NCBI GenBank assembly: GCA_965223705.1
Contig: OZ245015.1
Coordinates: 4,000,001-4,064,000 of the forward strand
Direction: 5' to 3'
Length of the DNA: 64,000 nucleotides
Origin: Myxococcota bacterium
GTDB lineage: Bacteria; Myxococcota_A; UBA9160; UBA6930
The position numbers were made by a program, and so were the translations under genes. Position 1 is the first letter of the stretch; each line of letters opens with the position of its first letter. This document shows, piece by piece, positions 47,905 to 55,960 of this stretch. The notes under the pieces are model-generated. The model saw only the letters and a program-made list of their open reading frames with translations, was not told where the DNA came from and made no database searches.

Positions 47905-48720
47905 TCACGCGAGGTGTTCCCGGAGCTCCGCCAGTGCGTCCGCTTCTCGCTTGAAATCTTCGTACGTCTTCGTCCCGCCGGTATGCACGACGCCCGCGAC
48001 GCCGAGATCGTTGAGATCACGGACCGCGTCGAGCGCCTTCGCGGGTTCCGCGAGGGGAAGCCGGGCGCCGACCACCGTCTCCGGTGTCGGGCGACCGTAG
48101 TTTTTCGCGAGCGCCTCCATCTCGGCGCGACCGGCGACGAGCGCATCCCGGTCCAAGCCGATCGGAAGCCACGCGTCGCCGTATTGCGCGGTTCTGCGCC
48201 GGGCCGCCGCCGAGTTCCCGCCGACCAGGATCTCGGGCTTCGCGGGCCGCGGCCGAAACAGGAACTTCTGGCCGTTCCGCTCGACTTCGTCGTTGTCGAA
48301 GCAGGTGTGGAGAAACGCCAGCGACTCGTCGGTACGAGCGCCCCGCTCCGCGCGCGGTATGCCGAGCGCGCGAAACTCAGCCTCCATCCATCCCGCGCCA
48401 ATCCCCAAGCGCAGCCGTCCCTCGGAGAGCACTTGTAGCGCCGCCGCCCACCGGGCGGTGTGGAGCGGATCGCGGAACGGGAGCAGCAACACCGCGGTCC
48501 CGAGGCCGATGCGATCCGTTGCCCCGGCGAGAAACGCCAGCGTCGCCTCGCAATCGAGGTAGTACCCGTCGGAACCCTCGGAGTCTTCCTTGGGGATCGC
48601 CACATGATCGAAGACCCAGGCGTCGTCGATGCCGGCCGCCTCGGCGGCTTGAACGCAGCGGAGCAAGAGGTTGCGGTCCGCTTCCGGGCCCGCGACCCGC
48701 AGGAACATTCCAAGTTTCAT
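47905..48720 (-). CDS. LLM-class probable F420-dependent oxidoreductase
   Basis: W.FDHVAIP, LAFLAGAT.RIGLGT.VL, LS.GRL.LG.GAGWM..EF. Confidence 0.88.
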   Translation of the reverse strand: MKLGMFLRVAGPEADRNLLLRCVQAAEAAGIDDAWVFDHVAIPKEDSEGSDGYYLDCEATLAFLAGATDRIGLGTAVLLLPFRDPLHTARWAAALQVLSEGRLRLGIGAGWMEAEFRALGIPRAERGARTDESLAFLHTCFDNDEVERNGQKFLFRPRPAKPEILVGGNSAAARRRTAQYGDAWLPIGLDRDALVAGRAEMEALAKNYGRPTPETVVGARLPLAEPAKALDAVRDLNDLGVAGVVHTGGTKTYEDFKREADALAELREHLA

Positions 48721-48792
48721 AGGTCCCTCCAGTCCTTACCGTACTCGATCCTTTGGTGGTAACCTCACACGGTCATCCGATGGGGAGAGAAC

Positions 48793-49233
48793 ATGCTCGC
48801 AGTAGGGGATCAAGCACCCGACTTTGCCGTCGCGGACCACACCGGAAAGATTCGGCGGCTCGATGAATTCCGCGGCAAGCGGTTGCTGCTCTGGTTCTAC
48901 CCGAAAGCCGACACGCCTGGCTGAACCAAGCAAGGTCTCGCGTTGCGAGATCAAGCAGCCGAGCTCGCGGCGAAGAACGTCGCCGTCGTCGGTGTGAGCT
49001 TCGATAGCGTCGAAGACAACCGGGCCTTTGCCGAGAAATTCGACTTCCCGTACCCGCTCCTGTGCGACACCGAGAAGAAAATCGGTGTGCCCTACGGAGC
49101 CGGCGAAGCCGGCAAAGGCGGCTACGCGAAGCGGATCAGCTACGTGATCGATGAAGACGGCAAGGTCCTCTTGGCCTACCCGAAGGTCGACCCCGGCACG
49201 CACCTCGAGACGATTCTCGCAGACCTACCCTAA
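48793..49233 (+). CDS. bcp: BCP/PrxQ peroxiredoxin, selenocysteine-containing (TGA at codon 44)
   Basis: MLAVGDQAPDF...WFYPKADTPG-TGA-TKQG continues in frame into ORF 48943..49233 (VVGVSFD, F.YPLLCD, RISYVIDEDG); the TGA at 48922-48924 replaces the peroxidatic Cys of PKADTPGCT; GGGGAG RBS. Confidence 0.88.
48934..48952 (+). promoter_or_regulatory. Putative bacterial SECIS hairpin
   Basis: GGUCUCGC-GUU-GCGAGAUC, an 8-bp stem with one G-U pair starting 10 nt after the UGA; the apical loop starts with G. Confidence 0.65.
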
Positions 49234-50330
49234 GCGTCTCGGGGAGGGATCAACCGCAGCTCCTGGTAGCGGTGGATCCACTTGCGGACCATGTCCTCGG
49301 TGTCGACGCAGTCGTGGAATCCGTACTGGCGCAATTTGATCGTGCTTACGACGGTCGGCGGCGGGGGCTGCTTCGCACCGTGAGCCATCGAGAAATCCGC
49401 GAGCTCCGCGGACTCGCCGACGAATTCCTTGACCGTGCGCGGCGACGCGAGGTGGTACTTGTCGACCAGCGCGCCCCACTCCGCATCGCGCCTGGGCAAC
49501 GACTCGCCGAGCGATTGCGGCTTCGGCTCGCCGACCTTCATACCGACGGCGTCCGCGATGGTGGGCCACAGGTTCTCGAACGTGAAGACGTCGCCGTTCG
49601 TTACGTTGAAGTGCTCACCGCCGCACGCCGGGTTGTTCGCCGCGAACTCGAACGCGCGGGCGAGTAGCTCTGTATCGACGGCTTCGAAGAGGAGCGGAGG
49701 TCCGCCCGGATACGCGAGGTCGCGACCGGCGGCCTTCTCGAGCGCCGCGTAGACACACACCGCGGGCAACACATTGAGATTGCCCTTGATGGCTTCGCCG
49801 AAAATCAGCTGCGGTCGAAAGATGGTCCAGTTCCACGCCTTCCCCCGCTGTTTCTCCCGGATGTAGTCCTCTTGGAGCCAGTAGAAGTTCTCGTGTTGGT
49901 GGCGCGGCCATCGCTCGCGCGCCGGAACGGGAAACGGCTCGATGTGCACGCCGTACGCTTTTGTCCCCTGCAACACCGTGATGTGTCGAAGACCCGTAGC
50001 CGCTCGCTCGAGCGGTTCGAAGAAATTCTCGAGCATGGCGAGGTTGGTCTGCATCTGCTCCTTCGCCTGCCAGCCCTCGACCAGGTTTCCGGCGATCTCA
50101 TGGACCGCCGCGTAAATGATGTGGGTGACATCCGACATGTCGGATAGCGCCTCGCGACACGCGTCGGCGTCCGTCAAGTCGAGGGAGATGTGCCGGGCGG
50201 ACGTCAGTCCGGCGGGCTTTCGCCTCGAAAGAGCGACCACTTCCCAACCGGGGAGCCTTTCGAAATGGCGGACCGCCTCGAAACCGACCAACCCCGATGC
50301 ACCGACGATCACCATTTTTCCGCGTGCCAT
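49230..50330 (-). CDS. Extended SDR / NAD-dependent epimerase (PRISE-like)
   Basis: GASGLVG, THIIYAA, LQGTKAYG, NFYWLQED, W.IFRP; GGAGG RBS. Confidence 0.85.
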   Translation of the reverse strand: MARGKMVIVGASGLVGFEAVRHFERLPGWEVVALSRRKPAGLTSARHISLDLTDADACREALSDMSDVTHIIYAAVHEIAGNLVEGWQAKEQMQTNLAMLENFFEPLERAATGLRHITVLQGTKAYGVHIEPFPVPARERWPRHQHENFYWLQEDYIREKQRGKAWNWTIFRPQLIFGEAIKGNLNVLPAVCVYAALEKAAGRDLAYPGGPPLLFEAVDTELLARAFEFAANNPACGGEHFNVTNGDVFTFENLWPTIADAVGMKVGEPKPQSLGESLPRRDAEWGALVDKYHLASPRTVKEFVGESAELADFSMAHGAKQPPPPTVVSTIKLRQYGFHDCVDTEDMVRKWIHRYQELRLIPPRDA

Positions 50331-50387
50331 GGACCCTCCGAACGGCCTACCAATATACCATCGGGAGGAACTCAGGAGGTTTGCACC

Positions 50388-51161
50388 ATGGCGGCGAAAG
50401 TACGCAGCGAGAGCGACGGCGCGGTCCGCATCATCACAATCGATCGACCCGAGCGTCGCAACGCCATCGATCCGGAGACAGCGGAAGGTTTGCAGGCGGC
50501 GTTCCGCGCGTTCGAAGACGACGCGGAGGCTTCCGTCGCAGTCCTTCGTGGCGAGGGCGACACGTTCTGCGCGGGCTTCGACTTGAAGTCGCTCTCGGAC
50601 GGGGGGCTCCCGCGCTATGAACCGGAAGGCGAAGGACCGCTCGGCATCAGTCGCTGGCTGCTGTCGAAACCGACGATCGCTGCGGTCGAAGGTCACGCCG
50701 TAGCGGGCGGTATCGAGTTGGCCCTGTGGTGCGATCTGCGGGTCGCGGCCGAAGGCGCGACCTTCGGGGTCTACTGCCGGCGGTTCGGTGTGCCGCTCGT
50801 CGATGGGGGCACCGTGCGTTTACCGCGACTCATCGGCCAGAGTCGTGCGCTCGACATGATCCTGACCGGCCGCGGGGTCGGCGCCGAAGAAGCCTTCTCC
50901 TGGGGCCTCGCGAACCGACTGGTCCCCCGCGGTCGAGCCCTCGAAGAAGCGGTGGCCCTCGCCCACGACCTGACGCGCTTTCCGCAAATCTGTATGCGAG
51001 CGGACCGGCGATCCGCGATTGAGCAGTGGGGGCTGCCCCTGGCCGACGCCCTGCGCGCCGAAGGTCGGGGCGGGGTCGAGCCGCTGCGGCAGGAGGCACG
51101 AGAGGGGGCGAGTCGGTTTGCCGGCGGCGCGGGCCGAGGCGGCTCCTACGAGTCGTTCTAA
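50388..51161 (+). CDS. Enoyl-CoA hydratase/isomerase (crotonase) family protein
   Basis: IDRPERRNA, FCAGFDL, KPTIAAVEGHAVAGG.ELALWCDLR; AGGAGG RBS. Confidence 0.92.
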   Translation: MAAKVRSESDGAVRIITIDRPERRNAIDPETAEGLQAAFRAFEDDAEASVAVLRGEGDTFCAGFDLKSLSDGGLPRYEPEGEGPLGISRWLLSKPTIAAVEGHAVAGGIELALWCDLRVAAEGATFGVYCRRFGVPLVDGGTVRLPRLIGQSRALDMILTGRGVGAEEAFSWGLANRLVPRGRALEEAVALAHDLTRFPQICMRADRRSAIEQWGLPLADALRAEGRGGVEPLRQEAREGASRFAGGAGRGGSYESF

Positions 51162-51180
51162 CCCGAGCTGAGCCTACGGG

Positions 51181-51210
51181 TTGGCGCCGACGCCGTCGCG
51201 GCCGTAAGTT
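51181..51210 (+). promoter_or_regulatory. sigma70-type promoter of the SRP RNA gene
   Basis: TTGGCG-N18-TAAGTT; predicted +1 at about 51217 coincides with the first base of the SRP terminal helix. Confidence 0.55.
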
Positions 51211-51216
51211 CGCCTC

Positions 51217-51347
51217 GCACGCGGAGAGGCGATCGCAGGGTCCCGCTCGAGCGCGGGGACCGTGAACCCCGTCAGGTCCGGAAGGAAGCAGCGGTAGCGA
51301 GCCTTGCGTTGTGAGCGGGGGCGCCCTGCGATCCCTTCTCCGCGTGC
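51217..51347 (+). ncRNA. ffs: Signal recognition particle RNA (4.5S)
   Basis: Conserved domain IV GTCAGGTCCGGAAGGAAGCAGC; long closing helix gcacgcggagaggcgatcgcaggg / ccctgcgatcccttctccgcgtgc; canonical position upstream of dnaX. Confidence 0.93.
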
Positions 51348-51394
51348 CCCGGGTCTCGGGGTAGCCCGAGCGCGGGGAACGGACGAGGTCCCCC

Positions 51395-53068
51395 ATGAGC
51401 TATGAAGTTCTCGCCCGCCGCTGGCGACCGACGCGCTTCGATGAGGTGGTCGGCCAGGCGCACGTGACCACCCCGCTTCGCAACGCCTTGGCGAGCGATC
51501 GCGTCCCCCACGCCATCCTGTTGACCGGCCCGCGCGGAGTCGGCAAGACCACGCTGGCACGAATCCTCGCCCGTTGCCTGAACTGCGACGAAGGCCCCAC
51601 CGACGCGCCGTGCGGCGTGTGCTCCGCCTGCGAAGAAATCGCTGGCGGACGCTCCGTCGACGTCCAAGAAGTCGACGCGGCGAGTCGGACCAGCGTCGAT
51701 GACGTGCGCGAAATCATCGAATCGGTCCGTTACGCGCCGACGCCGGGCAAGACCCGGATCTTCGTCATCGACGAGGTCCACATGCTCTCCACGGCGGCGT
51801 TCAATGCCCTCTTGAAGACGCTCGAGGAGCCGCCGCCCCACAGCTTGTTCGTTCTGGCGACGACGAACGTCGAGAAAATTCCATACACCGTGGTGTCGCG
51901 CTGCCAGCGGTACGACCTGCGTCGGGTCAGCATCGACGAGATCGCCGGGCGGCTCGCCGAAGTCGCCGCCTCCGAGTCGGTGAAGATCTCTGAACCGAGC
52001 TTGCGCGCGGTGGCTCGCGCCGCGGAAGGCTCGCTGCGCGACGCGCTGACGCTCTTCGATCAGCTCCTGGCGGCCGGCGGCGGCGAAGTTTCCGACGATC
52101 GCGTCGCCGAAGTGCTCGACCTCGTCGACCGGTCGTTTCCCCTCGCTGTGATCGAGGCCTGCGTCGATCGCGATGCCGGTGCGGCGCTCCGCGCTTGTCG
52201 ACGCGCGAGCGACGCGGGCATCGACCCGCGGCGCTTTTCCGCCGAGCTGATGAGAAACCTCCGCGATCTGGTCGTGCTGCGGGTGGCGCCGGATGAAGAC
52301 GCACTCATCGAAGCCTCCGAAGATGAACTCGAGAGGCTTCGCCAAGCCGCGAAGCGCGAAGAGCCCCTGCGTTTGCGTCGCATGTTTCGAGCGCTGCTCC
52401 GCGAACAGGAAGATCTGGCGTTCGCACCCGACGCGCAAGCGGTCGTCGACATGGCCGTCGTGCGCCTGGCCATGCTTCCCTCTGGCGACGACGTCGAAAA
52501 ACTCCTCGCGCGCCTCGATGCGTGGGAAGGGGGCGAGCCGCCCGGAGGCAGAGGTGGTCCCGGCGGAGGGTCCGCCGCAAAGGCCGCTCCGGCGAGCGAG
52601 AAGGAACCGCCGACCCGTAAAGCGGCGCGCCCGAAGAAGAACGCCGAGCCCCCGAGCGCGGCCCCGGTCGCGAGTGCACCGAAGGAACAGGTCTTCGATC
52701 GTTTGCGAGAATTCGCGCAGGAGCGCAACCGCGGACTCTTCGCCGGACTCGATCGCGGTGCGCTCCTCGACCACAGCGAGGACGCGCTCCGCATCGCGTT
52801 GCCGGCGGGCATCGCCGCCGAGCGCATCCGCGGCCGCAAAGCGGACCTCGAAGCCGTGTGCACGCAGTTTTTCGATCGGCCGATGCGCGTTGAGCTCGAC
52901 GTCGCGGAGTCCGCGCCGACGCCCGGAAACGGAACCTCGACGTCTGCCGGCGCGCCGGATCTTCGCGAGACGCGAAAGGCCGCGCTCCGTCACAACGCGG
53001 TCAACACGGCGCTCGAGATACTCGAAGCGGAAATTGTCGACATCCGGGCCCTGGGAGAGACGTCATGA
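51395..53068 (+). CDS. dnaX: DNA polymerase III subunit gamma/tau
   Basis: LARRWRP..F..VVGQ, GPRGVGKTT, Zn Cys cluster, IDEVHML, NALLKTLEEPP, SRC. Confidence 0.97.
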   Translation: MSYEVLARRWRPTRFDEVVGQAHVTTPLRNALASDRVPHAILLTGPRGVGKTTLARILARCLNCDEGPTDAPCGVCSACEEIAGGRSVDVQEVDAASRTSVDDVREIIESVRYAPTPGKTRIFVIDEVHMLSTAAFNALLKTLEEPPPHSLFVLATTNVEKIPYTVVSRCQRYDLRRVSIDEIAGRLAEVAASESVKISEPSLRAVARAAEGSLRDALTLFDQLLAAGGGEVSDDRVAEVLDLVDRSFPLAVIEACVDRDAGAALRACRRASDAGIDPRRFSAELMRNLRDLVVLRVAPDEDALIEASEDELERLRQAAKREEPLRLRRMFRALLREQEDLAFAPDAQAVVDMAVVRLAMLPSGDDVEKLLARLDAWEGGEPPGGRGGPGGGSAAKAAPASEKEPPTRKAARPKKNAEPPSAAPVASAPKEQVFDRLREFAQERNRGLFAGLDRGALLDHSEDALRIALPAGIAAERIRGRKADLEAVCTQFFDRPMRVELDVAESAPTPGNGTSTSAGAPDLRETRKAALRHNAVNTALEILEAEIVDIRALGETS

Positions 53069-53394
53069 GCGGACCCGACCTCGAGCAGATGATGCGCCAA
53101 GCGAAAGACATGCAGAGTGAGCTGGCGCGCTTGCAGAGCGAACTGATGAAGCGGAGCGTGACCGGCAGCGCCGGGGGCGGCATGGTCACCGCGACGGCGA
53201 CGGGCGGCTTGCGCATCCTCGAGATCGAAATCGAGCCCGAGCTCATCGCCGGCGGCGATCGCGCGATGCTGCAAGATCTCGTGGCCGCGGCCGTCAACGC
53301 CGCCATCGCGAACGCGCAGCGCATGGTGCAGGAAGAGATTCAGAAGCACGCGGGCCCCATGGGCGCGCTCCTCGGCGGGCTCGGAAACTCCTGA
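53065..53394 (+). CDS. ybaB: YbaB/EbfC nucleoid-associated protein
   Basis: G.AGGGMV, MLQDLV.AAVN.A; lies between dnaX and recR. Confidence 0.95.
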   Translation: MSGPDLEQMMRQAKDMQSELARLQSELMKRSVTGSAGGGMVTATATGGLRILEIEIEPELIAGGDRAMLQDLVAAAVNAAIANAQRMVQEEIQKHAGPMGALLGGLGNS

Positions 53395-53996
53395 TGACGG
53401 CGGTCCCGGCGCCGGTCGAACGATTGATCGAGAGCTTGCGGCGACTCCCCGGCATCGGGGAAAAATCCGCGACGCGCTTGGCGTTCTTCCTGCTGTCGGC
53501 GCCCCAGCAATTGGCGGATGAGCTCGCGGGCTCGATCGCTCGCGTGAAGCGAGACGTCGTCTTTTGTGAGATCTGCTTCGACCTGGCCGAGGCGTCGCCC
53601 TGTGCCATCTGCAGTGATCCCAAGCGGGATCCGTCGCTTCTCTGCGTCGTCGAAGAGCCGGCGGACCGCGCCGCCGTCGAACGCAGCGGCTCGTTCCGCG
53701 GGCGCTATCACATTCTGGGCGGCGCCCTTTCGCCGATCGATGGCATCGGCCCCGACGAATTGCGGGTTCGTGAGCTCGAGAGCCGCGCGCGCAGCGAGGA
53801 AATCCGTGAAGTCGTCATCGCGACGAACCCGACCGCCGAGGGCGACGCAACAGCCCACCTGCTCGCGCAGCGTTTGAAAGACTGCGGGGCACGGGTCACG
53901 CGCATTGCGTCCGGAATGCCGATGGGTGGAGATCTCGAGTACGCAGACCAAGTCACCGTAGGCCGCTCCCTACGTTTTCGACGAGAGCTCGATTAG
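53394..53996 (+). CDS. recR: Recombination mediator RecR
   Basis: LPGIGEKSA.R HhH, C4 Zn finger, Toprim ATNPT.EG, GGDLEYAD. Confidence 0.97.
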   Translation: MTAVPAPVERLIESLRRLPGIGEKSATRLAFFLLSAPQQLADELAGSIARVKRDVVFCEICFDLAEASPCAICSDPKRDPSLLCVVEEPADRAAVERSGSFRGRYHILGGALSPIDGIGPDELRVRELESRARSEEIREVVIATNPTAEGDATAHLLAQRLKDCGARVTRIASGMPMGGDLEYADQVTVGRSLRFRRELD

Positions 53997-54140
53997 CTGC
54001 CGGTTTTCAGGTAGACGCTCAAGGGCGAGCGACTCGAAGCCGATTCAAGGGCGGCGCGTTGCTCTCGCCGCGAGTCGCGGTAGAGTTCCCTCGGGGGCCA
54101 AAAACTCCGAGTTTGTTCAACGGGTTGTAGGGGCGCTTGC

Positions 54141-54656
54141 ATGCTCAACGCTTCGTTGGTGATGCACGAAGAGGATTACCGCCTGGTCTTGGCGGTGATC
54201 CAAAAGCTTGTTCGCGATGCGAGCGCCAAGGGTGTTTTCGTCGTCGACCGCAATGGCCAGCTCATCGCTGAGGCCGGCGAGGTCCAGGGTGTCGACACGA
54301 CGAGTCTGGCGTCGCTCACGGCCGGAAGTGTCGCTGCGACGAGCGGACTCGCGCGGCTGATCGGCGAGGACGACTTCCCGATTCATTTCCACCAGGGGCA
54401 GCGCGACAACCTCCACATCAATATCGTGGCCGGCCGCTTGATCCTCGTGGTCGTCTTTGACGAGAGAAGCTCCCTCGGGTTGGTTCGCCTGCGCGTGAAA
54501 CGCGCGAGCGGAGAACTCGCCCGCGTCTTCGAAGAGATTCGAAAGAAGTCCGAGCTCGGTCAACGACAACGCGGCTCTTCGCAACGCGCTGGGGCACCGC
54601 CGAGCCCGTTTGCCGACATCACCGACGACGATATCGACAACCTCTTCTCCGACTGA
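54141..54656 (+). CDS. mglB: Roadblock/LC7 GTPase-activating protein MglB
   Basis: D.NGQLIA..G, TSLASLTAG..AAT.GLA, FHQG, SSLGLVRLRV, C-terminal FA.ITDDDIDNLFS. Confidence 0.95.
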   Translation: MLNASLVMHEEDYRLVLAVIQKLVRDASAKGVFVVDRNGQLIAEAGEVQGVDTTSLASLTAGSVAATSGLARLIGEDDFPIHFHQGQRDNLHINIVAGRLILVVVFDERSSLGLVRLRVKRASGELARVFEEIRKKSELGQRQRGSSQRAGAPPSPFADITDDDIDNLFSD

Positions 54657-54662
54657 CCGCCC

Positions 54663-55250
54663 ATGTCCTTCATCAACTATTCGTCGCGCGAGATCAATTG
54701 CAAGATCGTCTACTACGGCCCCGGCTTGTGCGGGAAGACGACGAATTTGCAGTACATCTACAACAAGACGAATCCCGACCTGAAGGGCAAGATGATTTCG
54801 CTGGCGACCGAAACCGAGCGGACGCTGTTCTTCGATTTTCTCCCGTTGGCACTCGGCCAGATCCGCGGCTTCAAAACGCGCTTCCACCTCTACACGGTGC
54901 CCGGCCAGGTGTTCTACGACGCGAGTCGCAAGCTCATCCTGAAAGGCGTCGACGGCGTGATCTTCGTCGCTGACAGTCAGATCGAGCGGATGGAAGCGAA
55001 CGTCGAAAGCCTCGATAACCTGAAAGTCAATCTGCGCGAGCAGGGCCTCGAGCTCTCGCGGCTTCCCTTCGTGATTCAGTACAACAAGCGCGATCTTCCG
55101 AACGCCGCGCCCGTCGACGAGCTCCGCAGGCTGATCAACCCGTGGAAGGTGCCGGACTTCGAAGCCTGCGCACCCAAAGGGTTGGGCGTCTTTGAAACAC
55201 TCAAGGCCGCCGCCAAGGGTGTCCTGAACGACCTGAAAAAGCTGTCCTAA
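54663..55250 (+). CDS. mglA: Small Ras-like GTPase MglA
   Basis: [36 protein letters not shown]. Confidence 0.97.
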   Translation: MSFINYSSREINCKIVYYGPGLCGKTTNLQYIYNKTNPDLKGKMISLATETERTLFFDFLPLALGQIRGFKTRFHLYTVPGQVFYDASRKLILKGVDGVIFVADSQIERMEANVESLDNLKVNLREQGLELSRLPFVIQYNKRDLPNAAPVDELRRLINPWKVPDFEACAPKGLGVFETLKAAAKGVLNDLKKLS

Positions 55251-55960
55251 CGAGGCCGCGCGCGGACGGCGAGCACCTCGAGGGTTTCAGCCAGCGACGC
55301 TTCTTCCGCCATCGCGCCGCGCAACGCGTGGGCCGACAGCTCTCTCGTCGAAGCGATCAATACGCGGTTGTCCCAGCCGGCAAGGGACAGGGTGAGGATC
55401 CGCGGGAAGTGGCGCCCGAGCGCGCGCGACTGGGACGACGCCTCGTCGAGTGCGTTGGAAACGATCACTCCGCCCGGCCGCAACCTCCCCTTCGCGAGCG
55501 AATAGCCCGGTTCGGGAAGCCAGGCGGGCTTGCGAAGCGCTCGTCCCCGACCGACGAAAACGTCTTCGACAATGAGGTCGAAACGGCGGCGTGTCTTCGC
55601 CAGATAGGCGAGCGCGTCCTCGACGACGATCTCGAGGGGTAGCTGGTCGAGGCCGAAGTGGCGCTTCGCAGCGGCAACCACGTCGGGATCGATCTCGACA
55701 CCGACGAATTCCGCGCGGGGACGCAGCGCGAGGATGCCGCGCACGACGCTGCCGCCGGCGAGCCCGAGTACCAGAACTTTCGGTTTCTGTGCGGCCAGGG
55801 TGAGGACTCCGCTCGCCATCGCCTGCCACACCGGGCCGCTCTCGCCGCGCGGTCCGTAGGCTGACGCAAAGGTGCCGTCGATGCGGAGCTCGCGGCGCTT
55901 GCCGCGCGTTCGCACCGATACGCGCGGCCGCGGGGAACCAGCTCGGTACACTGCGCTCAT
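55247..55960 (-). CDS. Spermidine synthase-like SAM-dependent transferase
   Basis: [29 protein letters not shown]; start uncertain. Confidence 0.8.
   Translation of the reverse strand: MSAVYRAGSPRPRVSVRTRGKRRELRIDGTFASAYGPRGESGPVWQAMASGVLTLAAQKPKVLVLGLAGGSVVRGILALRPRAEFVGVEIDPDVVAAAKRHFGLDQLPLEIVVEDALAYLAKTRRRFDLIVEDVFVGRGRALRKPAWLPEPGYSLAKGRLRPGGVIVSNALDEASSQSRALGRHFPRILTLSLAGWDNRVLIASTRELSAHALRGAMAEEASLAETLEVLAVRARPR

Noticed and set aside
51395..53068. Programmed frameshift producing the DnaX gamma subunit
   Set aside because: No A-AAA-AAG or poly-A slippery site seen in the linker region.
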